DNA of 64,000 nt from Alphaproteobacteria bacterium. GTDB lineage: Bacteria; Pseudomonadota; Alphaproteobacteria; MPNO01; UBA830. The position numbers and the translations under genes were made by a program. The notes beneath the pieces are model-generated. The model worked only from the letters and a program-made list of their open reading frames with translations, was not told the DNA's origin and did no database searches. Shown here in pieces: positions 34,098 to 42,454 of this stretch; position 1 is the first letter of the stretch, and every line of letters starts with the position of its first letter. The stretch is taken from NCBI GenBank assembly GCA_965243135.1, contig OZ251539.1, forward strand, positions 3,232,001 to 3,296,000, read 5' to 3'.

Positions 34098-34541
34098 CTA
34101 GTTCGAAAGTGCAGCCGCCTGACCGGGTGTTTCTTCCAAATTTTCACAGATCAGAACAACGGGATCTCCAACATTCACATAACCCCTTTCGTCATCCTCT
34201 AAATTCATATCCGATCTCATCAATATTTCATACTCCGCGATCCATTTTTTCGGCATAAGCGCATCATAAAGCGTTCCCGATCTTCCAATATTCACTCGCC
34301 TTTTCTTCAACGTAGATGCTACGCAAAGATTTTCCTGAACATGAGTCACTTTGAGTCTTGTCTTAGAACGTTCTATGGAACCCAGAACCTGATTTGTCTC
34401 AGGGTCCGTAATATCCCTGTGCTTGTCATCCACGACATCAAAAATCATTCCCAAACGAACGCCCTGCTTGGAACCAATATTGATTGCCGCCTCGCGAACG
34501 TTAAGGATTTTGGCGATTCTTCCACGAATTGGATCAGTCAT
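34098..34541 (-). CDS. Hypothetical beta-rich protein (FlgT C-terminal-like motif)
   Basis: 'INIGSKQGVRLGMIFDV...ITDPETNQVLGS...LKVTHVQE'; AT-rich; start overlaps the upstream gene's stop. Confidence 0.75.
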   Translation of the reverse strand: MTDPIRGRIAKILNVREAAINIGSKQGVRLGMIFDVVDDKHRDITDPETNQVLGSIERSKTRLKVTHVQENLCVASTLKKRRVNIGRSGTLYDALMPKKWIAEYEILMRSDMNLEDDERGYVNVGDPVVLICENLEETPGQAAALSN

Positions 34542-35023
34542 TTCTATCTCCTCGCAGCTGCATCTGGCGAATTTCCTCGCGATACTTCATCACTTCTTCG
34601 GGCACGATGTCGGCCCAATCTTCCAACGCATCGTCCGGTGTCCGTATTTCCCTGATAATTATTTCTCGAAGCGCCAACATTTTTGCGTCTTCTTTCTCAG
34701 GTTCGGAACTTGCTACCATATGTGCTATTCCGCTCAAACCCTCGTAAAGAGAAACAAGACGTCGAAACGCGGATCTTGCATGCGGTCTGATTGGCTCTCT
34801 TACCACATCTCTCGCCACCTATCTTCCTAAAAGATAAGAACCTGTTAAACCAACGCCAGAAATAAATATTTGGAACAAAATATTTTCCAATTCCGTCAAA
34901 TCTCTATTAGCCGATACCAAGAGAAAAATAACCGCGACTCCTACCGAAATCCCGATTAAAAATTTGCCCGAATTTCCCTATTTCTATAAAGAAAAAGAGC
35001 CATATAATAACTATGCCGTTCAT
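34534..35023 (-). pseudogene. 2-TM membrane protein disrupted by a frameshift and an in-frame TAG
   Basis: ATG 35023 'MNGIVIIWLFFFIEIGKFGQI', shift near a T-run, then 'LIGISVGVAVIFLLVSANRDLTELENILFQIFISGVGLTGSYLLGR*VARDVVREPIRPHARSAFRRL...DALEDWADIVPEEV'. Confidence 0.65.
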
Positions 35024-35256
35024 TGGTCTTGTTGGCAAGGTCATTCGGTGCGCTTCGAAAGCTTATGATCAGCCTATCAACGCCATGGAGGGCAGTATCG
35101 GGGTGGACTGGCCAGCGAGTCAAGGTGCCCCGCCGCCGGCGCGAAAATCTTTCCTGTCCGGTCAAGCATCGACGAACGCCGACGGTGACGACTTCCGGAG
35201 GGTCGTTCGCCTGTCCTTGCACCGTCGGCCCCACGAACTGGCGCGGGCCGGCGGCG

Positions 35257-36837
35257 TCATTCGTCCGCCGTCGGCTCGCGGCGTCCCGCGAGCTTGTTAC
35301 CTGTCTCGAAGTACCGTCCCGTCACGGCGAACTCCGCTTCCTCCGCATTTTCCTGCGTCCAGGCGCTCAAAGGATAGCCGTGCCACGGCGTCCTCAGGTC
35401 GAGTTCGGGCAAGCCCAGCGCTGTCCATTTCTCCCGCGCCGCCCGCATGAAGTCCTCGCGCGGCAACGAGACGGGCAGGTAGGGATGCTCGCGCACCGCG
35501 TTGATCAGGATCGCCGACGCCCCCCGCGCGTCCGGGTACGCGGAATCCGAAGGAGCGACCGAAGGATCGAGACGCGCCACCTTGCCGCGAATGATCTCCA
35601 TATCGCGATGGGGCTGCGTACTGTAGCTCAGCGCCCACAGCACCGCTTCGAGGGAATCGGGATCGACGTCCGAATCGACAGCGATGAAGATCTTGCCAAG
35701 CGACGCGTCGAATGCAGCAGCCGCGCGAAGCGCTTGCCAGGGCTGCCCGGGTTCCGGCCGGTCGAGCTGGATCACGAACAGCATGTTGCAGCTCGCCATT
35801 TCGTGACATGCGACCCTGACGACGGACGGGTTGTTGCAGGCGTCTCTCAGATGCCTCAGATAGATCGCATCGAACGCAGCCTTGCGCATCACCGTGCTTT
35901 CGCTGGGCGGAAATTCGCTGATGATGCCCTGGTAGACGGGATCGGCGCGGTGAGTGACGGCCGTCACCTCGAAGATCTTCTCCATCTTGCGCGGTCCCAG
36001 ATAACCGCTCGCCTCGCCGAACGGCGCCTCGGGCTCCAGCGTATCGGTGCGAATGACGCCTTCCATCACGATTTCGGCTTCGGCCGGCACCATGCAATCG
36101 AACGTCTCCGCCGGGACGACCGCGATCGGCTCGCCGTTGAGCGCGCCGGCGACGCCGTATTCTTCGACGCCGTAGGGGACCTTGCTCGCGGCCGCCAGAA
36201 GCAGCGCCGGCGGGCCGCCCAGGAATACCGCCGCTTCAAGATGCCGGCCCGCCCGGCGCGCCTTCTCCCACTGAATGGCAAGATGCTGCGTGGACACGTC
36301 GGTGGCGCAGCCCATGCGGTCGGGCGCCTTGATCATGCCGCGATAGATGCCGAGATTGTACGTACCGTCCTCCGGATCCCGCGTAATCCAGACGCCCGCA
36401 GTGAGAAACGGCGCCGGATCGAAGCCCGGCGTCGAAACCAGATGAGGAAACCGGTCGATCCCGTCGCCGAAGGCCGCGCCGGCGTGGACGAAGTCCTTCA
36501 CCGGAGCGCTGGACGCTCGCTCGGGCGGCAAGTGGCCGCTCTGCACGCTCGCCCATCGGTCGCCGATCCCGTCGGGCTTCACGCCGAGCGCAGCGGCGTA
36601 TATCGCGCGCGAAGCGCCAAGCGACCCGATTGCTACGGATGCATCGAATTCCCGTCCGCGCGAGTCGGTGACGTTCGTGAACCAGAACGCCTTGCGCCGT
36701 TCCTCGGGCAGGCCGCGAAACTGCAGCCGGACGAGCGGAACGAGTTCGGTGTCCTTGCTGACGCGTTCCCGAACCACATGCAGAAGATCGCGCGCCTGCA
36801 GCTCTTCCAGATACGCCCGCAGATTACGGTACGGCAT
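35257..36837 (-). CDS. UbiD family (prFMN-dependent) decarboxylase
   Basis: 'TRDPEDGTYNLGIYR', 'VPAEAEIVMEG', 'EAPFGEASGY', 'VDSDVDP....VLWAL'. Confidence 0.93.
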   Translation of the reverse strand: MPYRNLRAYLEELQARDLLHVVRERVSKDTELVPLVRLQFRGLPEERRKAFWFTNVTDSRGREFDASVAIGSLGASRAIYAAALGVKPDGIGDRWASVQSGHLPPERASSAPVKDFVHAGAAFGDGIDRFPHLVSTPGFDPAPFLTAGVWITRDPEDGTYNLGIYRGMIKAPDRMGCATDVSTQHLAIQWEKARRAGRHLEAAVFLGGPPALLLAAASKVPYGVEEYGVAGALNGEPIAVVPAETFDCMVPAEAEIVMEGVIRTDTLEPEAPFGEASGYLGPRKMEKIFEVTAVTHRADPVYQGIISEFPPSESTVMRKAAFDAIYLRHLRDACNNPSVVRVACHEMASCNMLFVIQLDRPEPGQPWQALRAAAAFDASLGKIFIAVDSDVDPDSLEAVLWALSYSTQPHRDMEIIRGKVARLDPSVAPSDSAYPDARGASAILINAVREHPYLPVSLPREDFMRAAREKWTALGLPELDLRTPWHGYPLSAWTQENAEEAEFAVTGRYFETGNKLAGRREPTADE

Positions 36838-36883
36838 TCGCCCGGTGCTCCATTGTTAAGCTCGGGGGCATCGCGGCCCCGCT

Positions 36884-37332
36884 TCACGCCCGAAGCCGCG
36901 GCCGGTGCGCGTCGCCCTCGAACGCCCTGCGCCGCCGTTCGTCGTCGAGACCGGGCGTGGCGTCGACGCGGCGCTTGAGTTCGGGATCCATTTTCCTCGG
37001 CTCGACGCATTGCGGCAGTTGGCAGACGGGGACGAAACGAAAGGTCGCAGACCCTGCGAATCGTGTCGTTGCCGATCTGCGCCCAATGACAGGCCGTTTG
37101 CTCCGCGCCGAGATGATGGCCCATGCCGACCGCTCGAGGAGAGAACAACGTCAGGCCGCGTTCGCGCATGAACTTGAGTTGCTCGAGCTTTTCGCGCATC
37201 TCGCCGTCCGACGCCCGGAAGGCGGCGGCGGACGGCCCGAACCCGGGGTTGAACTCCGCATCGGCGAGCCGCTCCCTGCGGCATCAACGCAGCGGGTTCC
37301 GCGGTGCAGTGCCCGTGGCAATCGACGATCAT
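36884..37332 (-). pseudogene. Amidohydrolase, 4-oxalomesaconate hydratase (LigJ)-like remnant
   Basis: 'MIVDCHGHCTAEP', 'QLKFMRERGLTLFSPRAVGMGHHLG...NDTIRRVCDL', 'VCQLPQ', C-terminal 'RRRAFEGDAHRPRL'; frameshifts and a large internal deletion. Confidence 0.75.
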
Positions 37333-38011
37333 GGGGAAACCGCTCCTTGTCTCTCGCGTACCCTGCACTATAGCTAATCGTCGGCATCGCGCCCCGGAAA
37401 GCCGCCCGCCGACGCCGGTTCGCCGACGGCTAAAGGCGCCGCAGCACGCCATCGATGCTGTCTCGTGCGTCGCCGAACGGCATCCGGGCATTCAGGCTGG
37501 GAAGCGCTTTATCGTGCGATAGCATACAGGAAACCGATTCTGGAACCTTACGATACTTCCTGACATAATAAATTTTCGAAGTGTGTAGCAGGTTCTTCAG
37601 AGGGAAACATAACCAACGAAAGCTCGGCCATAAAGCCGAACGTTAGACGTCTGTCATGACGGTCGTGCCTCCTGTCGAGAGAGTCCTTTGCATTTAGCAC
37701 GACCACTACGAGTTAGCGGGAATTTCTGACAATCACAGGTGTTCGACTATAACTAACTGTAACTTCAAGAGAATCTATATCTGGGAGGTATCTATACAAG
37801 GATCGAATCGCCATATATGTCATCTTTAGTATCTGAATACGCTGAATATGACCGTCATACGGCCCATCGAGCGCGACTTAAATCCTGGAATCTCACGAGG
37901 AGCGCGCTATCCTCTGTCACAGGGAAACGAGGCGACTGGCGCTCGGATTCCAAGCCGAAACGCCGGGAGCCATCCCGAAAACAACACGTTTCCCAGGGTC
38001 GGGGTTCCAAC

Positions 38012-38213
38012 CCATAAGCGTCAACTTGTTTGGATACTTCATGTTTCGGGGGCCTCCAATGGTCGAAATTCGCGATGACACGGCAGTTCAGACCCGGATT
38101 TTGGAGACACTGGCCTCACTCACCCGCCCTGATCCGCGTTCTGCCTCACGCTCCTCGGCTTCAGTGGACCAGCGCGAGCAATGCCAAGCCGGGAAACAAG
38201 TTGACGCTTATGG
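38012..38213. mobile_element. 202-bp MITE-like element with perfect 20-bp terminal inverted repeats
   Basis: CCATAAGCGTCAACTTGTTT (38012-38031) and its exact reverse complement AAACAAGTTGACGCTTATGG (38194-38213); no transposase; no clear TSD. Confidence 0.75.
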
Positions 38214-38238
38214 TCGGGAGGGGGGGGGGTGACAGCGG

Positions 38239-38826
38239 TCATCCCTCCGCTGGAGGCTCGGGTTCGAGCACGAATCCCCCGATCGAGAACCGGCCGGCCC
38301 CCCAGTCGTCGGGGTCGCAGCGCACCGGCTCGACCTCGTGCTCGGTCTCGGGCGGGAACGCGACGAAGGCGTTGTGCGCCGGCCGGATCCGGACGGGGCC
38401 GGCGCCGGGCGGATGGAGCACCAGGTCGCCTCCCGCGAAGGCGCACGGACGGCGATGCAGGTAGTAGATGTACGCGATGCGGCGGTTGTCGCACCAACTC
38501 GGCGTGGTCTCTCCGACGTCGGAATGCCGGACATGGAAGTCCCCGTCGTGATGGCACGCCCAAGCGCTATAGAGGCCGGGCGCGGCGGACACGGCCACCC
38601 CCAGCTCCCGCGCCGTCCGCGGAAGCGCCGCGTGGACGCGAGGGAACCACCACTCCCTCTCCCGCGCGCTCAGCTCGGCGTCGAAGGCCGACCGGGTCAG
38701 GCGGTCGATGGTCCCGTCGCCGCTCACCCCTATCGTCCAATCGCCGGAGTACGCATTATCGAACAACGCCACGGCATCGGCGGCGGGCAGAAAGTCGGGA
38801 ATCAGCACATGCGATCTAGGCTTCAT
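38239..38826 (-). CDS. 2OG-Fe(II) oxygenase (prolyl-4-hydroxylase-like), copy A
   Basis: HxD 'HSD', 'RRIAYIYYL', 'FAGGDL', distal His 'HEVEPV', 2OG-binding 'RFSI'; RBS GGAGG. Confidence 0.9.
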   Translation of the reverse strand: MKPRSHVLIPDFLPAADAVALFDNAYSGDWTIGVSGDGTIDRLTRSAFDAELSAREREWWFPRVHAALPRTARELGVAVSAAPGLYSAWACHHDGDFHVRHSDVGETTPSWCDNRRIAYIYYLHRRPCAFAGGDLVLHPPGAGPVRIRPAHNAFVAFPPETEHEVEPVRCDPDDWGAGRFSIGGFVLEPEPPAEG

Positions 38827-38913
38827 CCAGCCTCCGTGCCGTCACTTTCCGGTCGACTGTCCCCCGGACCGTATCGGCGCCGTCGTCCAACCGGGAACGG
38901 CGGGCGATTTCGC

Positions 38914-39501
38914 TCATCCTTCCGCGGAAGGCTCGGGTTCGAGCACGAATCCCACGATCGAGAACCGGCCGGCCCCCCAGTCGTCGGGGTCGCAACGCAC
39001 CGGCTCGACCTCGTGTTCGGTTTCGGGCGGGAACGCGACGAAGGCGTTGTGCGCCGGCCGGATCCGGACGGGGTCGGCGCCGGGAGGATGGAGCACCAGG
39101 TCGCCTCCCGTGAAGGCGCGCGGCCGGCGATGCAGGTAGTAGACATACGCGATGCGGCGGTTGTCCCAGAAAGCCATCGCGGTCTCTCCGGCGTCGCGAT
39201 GCCGGACGTGGAGATCTCCGCTGTGATGGCACGCCCAGGCGGTAAAGAAGTCGGGCGCGGCGGATACGTCCACCCCCAGCTCCCGCGCTGTCCGCGGAAG
39301 CGCCGCGAGGACGCGAGGGAGCCACCATTCCCTCTCGCGCGCGCTCAGTTCGGCGTTGAAGACCGACCGGGACAGGCGGTCGATGATGCCGTTGCCGCTC
39401 GTCCCTATCGTCCAATCGCCGGAGTACGCATTGTCGAACAACGTTGCGGCATCGGCGGCGGGCAGGAAGTCGGGAATCAGCACATGCGATCTAGGCTTCA
39501 T
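38914..39501 (-). CDS. 2OG-Fe(II) oxygenase (prolyl-4-hydroxylase-like), copy B
   Basis: Same motifs (HRD...HEV...RFS); 195 aa, 30 substitutions relative to copy A by manual alignment. Confidence 0.9.
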   Translation of the reverse strand: MKPRSHVLIPDFLPAADAATLFDNAYSGDWTIGTSGNGIIDRLSRSVFNAELSAREREWWLPRVLAALPRTARELGVDVSAAPDFFTAWACHHSGDLHVRHRDAGETAMAFWDNRRIAYVYYLHRRPRAFTGGDLVLHPPGADPVRIRPAHNAFVAFPPETEHEVEPVRCDPDDWGAGRFSIVGFVLEPEPSAEG

Positions 39502-39864
39502 CCAACCTCCGCGCCGTCGTGGTCGAGTTCGGGCCCAACATTCCCAACGGCGCCGCCACCCGCCGCGCTGTCACCGGCGCCCCGGCGGCGGCGAGAACCT
39601 TTCGCCAATCGATGCGGTAGCCGACCCCCTCGAGCCGTTTCAGGGAGTGCCGGCCCGCCTGCATGAGATCCGCCACGCTCTCGGGACGGATCTGGGCGGG
39701 CGCGCCGTCGACGGCGACCACGCACGCGCCGGGCTCCCTGCCCGGCGCGTCGCCGCTGCCCGCGAGCCGCCACCGCACCGGCGAGTCCTCGACCTGCATC
39801 CGGATCAGCACCGTCCGGGGCGGGCCTGCCGGGGCGCCCCGCGGCACCCCGGAAGACCGGGCAT
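39502..39864 (-). pseudogene. Remnant resembling a C39 peptidase domain of a peptidase-containing ABC transporter
   Basis: Strong RBS AAGGAGG before ATG 39864; after a frameshift 'RTVLIRMQVEDS..', 'ACVVAVDG', 'SVADLMQAGRH..L.G.GYRID...L....P' parallels the C39 pattern 'TVLQME..ECG..ACGVSRDG..A.++.AAR.YGL'. Confidence 0.5.
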
Positions 39865-39938
39865 CGGGAACCTCCTTCCGCGACGTGCGGCGAGCCACGT
39901 CGACCAAGCAGGGAGCAGCCCCGCCCTCGCCGGCTCCG

Positions 39939-40319
39939 TCACTGGCCGTAGCGGTACCCCGTAAACCCCGGAAGATTGGGCGGCGAGAAGCACCCACGGT
40001 AGGCGCGAGGGGCCGGCTGCGCCGAAGCGGTCTTGCCGCCGGCGACCATGTCGAGCACCTCGTCCCCCATGCCGGTGTTGAAGTCGGGGGGAAGGACGAA
40101 ATGGAAGACCTCGTCCGTGTCCTCCACGACGCGCACATCCGTATCAGGCGCCACGTCGATGTTGTTCTCGACGAGGGCCGCGACCGGGTCCGAGTCGAAG
40201 TTCGCGCGAAAGTCCAGATCCTCGCGGTACGCATCCGAGATGGACACGAGCTGGCGCGCGCACTGTCTGAATCCTTCGGCTTCCATCGGTACGTGGAGCA
40301 TCGTCGTCAAGTTGATCAT
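39939..40319 (-). CDS. NHLP (nitrile hydratase leader peptide)/proteusin-type RiPP precursor
   Basis: Leader 'DLDFRANFDSDPVAALVENNIDVAPDTDVRVVEDTDEVFHFVLPP...DEVLDMVAGG' with double-Gly site; 31-aa core KTASAQPAPRAYRGCFSPPNLPGFTGYRYGQ; purine-rich RBS before 40319. Confidence 0.85.
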   Translation of the reverse strand: MINLTTMLHVPMEAEGFRQCARQLVSISDAYREDLDFRANFDSDPVAALVENNIDVAPDTDVRVVEDTDEVFHFVLPPDFNTGMGDEVLDMVAGGKTASAQPAPRAYRGCFSPPNLPGFTGYRYGQ

Positions 40320-40530
40320 GTCTTCGTTCCTTCTTCCCAAGACCCATGTGACCACGCCCAACGGCTCCTCACGAGGATACTGCCATTAAGCGCCGGAAGC
40401 GCCATTACAGCGCCCGGTGCGCCCCGTCGTCAACCCCGAGTTGACCCTAATCTCGAGCTTGGGCCATGCCTGTCCGGGCGTCGCTGTGCGTGTCATGAGG
40501 GGTCCGTTCGCGCTCTTCCCCCCGGCGCGC

Positions 40531-40588
40531 GCCCCACCCCGACCTCCCCCCTGCCATTGCCTGACAGGAGGGAGGTCGGGAGGGGGGT
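40531..40588. repeat. GC-rich imperfect palindrome/hairpin; right arm repeated at 38212
   Basis: CCCGACCTCCCCCCTGCCA...TGACAGGAGGGAGGTCGGG; GGTCGGGAGGGGGG occurs at 40574-40587 and 38212-38225. Confidence 0.55.
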
Positions 40589-40800
40589 CACGCGGCCCCG
40601 CAACGCCGCGCGCTCCTCGGTCCCCGCCGGTAGGAGAAATGTGGGCTGGTGTCGTAACATGAATCATGCCGACCGGGTTCGACGCGGCGAAGCGTTCGGC
40701 CACCCTCGATTCCGGAGGATTGGACATGGCCCGGGCCGGGGAGGCGTTCCCGGGCGCTCTTGAAAGACGCCCGACGCGGGATACCCGTCCCTGAACGCCC

Positions 40801-40941
40801 ATACCGGAACCGACGCATACGGGCGTACTGATCGCCGGCCCCAAGGCCGCGGGAAAGTCCCGGCTCGCGCTCGCGGAGGCCCTGGAGTCTTTCGGCGGGG
40901 CGACGATCATAAATTCGGACAGTATGCAGGTCTATCGCGAC
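40801..40941 (+). pseudogene. miaA: 5' fragment of tRNA dimethylallyltransferase MiaA
   Basis: 'VLIAGPKAAGKSRLALAEALESFGGATIINSDSMQVYRD' matches the MiaA N-terminus (GPTASGKS...DSMQVY); ends abruptly. Confidence 0.8.
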
Positions 40942-41174
40942 TCTCGGAGCGGCACCGTGGTGATTTCCGCGCGCGGAATGGCGACTCCCGACCGCATGGC
41001 GCCCATGCCTCCCGCGCGTTGCGCCGCCAACCGGTCGATCCCGAGTTTCCATGTGGCGATCGCCTGGAGCAGCGTGGATTTCCCGGCGTTGTTCGGTCCT
41101 GCGAGAACGACCGTATCCGCCAGCTCCTCCTCGCGAAAGCGTTTGAAGTTCTTGATGGAAACGCGCCGGATCAT
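40932..41174 (-). pseudogene. 5' fragment of an AAA/ABC ATPase
   Basis: 'MIRRVSIKNFKRF...LAGPNNAGKSTLLQAI'; only 80 aa, no Walker B. Confidence 0.8.
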
Positions 41175-41640
41175 CTTTGCCTCGGCGCCGCGGTCGCCAT
41201 GGCGATCGCCTTTCCGCCCCCTCGCCCCGGCAGGCGGCCGAAAGCGCGTTGACGAGCTTCAAGAAGCGGGGACCGCGCTCGCGTTCCGCCCACGCGGGCA
41301 GCGCGGCGTCGACTTCGAAGGAACATGAGGGCGCGCCGACGCTCGACGTTCGGGAACCGGGAATGCCGGGCGGCGCGGAGAGCCAACCGACCCCTTGCCG
41401 TTTCCGGAATGCTGCGCATGGCATTCTGCTCTGTTATCGCGACATTATGCCATTGTCGTCCGCGGATGACCATCCACTGCGCGCCGCTCTTCGGACCCGC
41501 GGAGTCGACCGCGCTTGCGCGACGCGACGCGGCCTTTTACGGGCCTTCCGAGGACAATCGGCGAAGCCGCGCCCGCCTCTCCGGCGCGGCTTCACAAAAA
41601 TGTTATTGGCCTGCGCGTCGCCGGAGCCTATATTTGCGGC

Positions 41641-42366
41641 ATGAAAAAACTCGTTCCCCTCGCTGTCGCTTCGCTAACGCTCGCTGCGGCGACGGCGAGC
41701 GCCGACAACGATCCCGTCGTCGTCGAGCTTTTCACCTCGCAGAGTTGCTATTCGTGCCCGCCGGCCGAGAAATTCCTCGGCGAACTCGCCGGAAGAAAGG
41801 ATGTCCTCGCGCTCGAGTTTCATGTCGACTACTGGAACGATCTCGTATTCGGCGAAGCCGGACGATGGAAGGACGTTTTCTCCAAGCGCGCCTTTACGGA
41901 ACGGCAGATCGGTTACAATCAGCGAATCCGCGAACAGTCGAACGTGTACACGCCGCAAATGGTCGTGGGCGGGCGGCTGGAAGCCGTCGGATCGCATCGC
42001 GCCAACGTCCTGTCCGCGATCGAGGCCTCCGCAACCGACCGAAACGACCGCGTTCGCATCGAGATCGCCCTCGACCCCGAAACGAACGTGACCCTCGCCG
42101 GCGATTCCGTCGAACGCGGAACCGTATGGCTCGTTCGGTTCGTCGAACGGCATCGAACCGACGTGCGGGGCGGCGAGAACAAGGGCAAGTCTCTGGTCAA
42201 CCACCATGTCGTGACGGAGGTCCGGCGAATCGGCGAATGGGCGGGACAGGGCATGTCTGTGACGGTGACGGATTTCTCCCTGGCGGCGGGAGAGGGATGC
42301 GCCGTGCTCGTGCAGGACGATCGCCAAGGCCCGATTCTGGGCGCCGGCGCCTGTCCGGCGCTCTGA
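41641..42366 (+). CDS. DUF1223 family secreted thioredoxin-like protein
   Basis: Signal peptide; 'VVVELFTSQSCYSCPPA', 'FHVDYW', 'YTPQMVV'. Confidence 0.9.
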   Translation: MKKLVPLAVASLTLAAATASADNDPVVVELFTSQSCYSCPPAEKFLGELAGRKDVLALEFHVDYWNDLVFGEAGRWKDVFSKRAFTERQIGYNQRIREQSNVYTPQMVVGGRLEAVGSHRANVLSAIEASATDRNDRVRIEIALDPETNVTLAGDSVERGTVWLVRFVERHRTDVRGGENKGKSLVNHHVVTEVRRIGEWAGQGMSVTVTDFSLAAGEGCAVLVQDDRQGPILGAGACPAL

Positions 42367-42454
42367 TCGGGAAGAAGGCGGCCGGCAGACCGACCGAATT
42401 GCCGAACCGCCGGCGGCCGCGTAAGCTCCCTCTTGGACGCGAAGCGGAGGCCGC

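Noticed and set aside
38220-38229. G10 homopolymer as a phase-variation tract
   Set aside because: It lies downstream of the oxygenase stop codon, outside any coding or evident promoter region.
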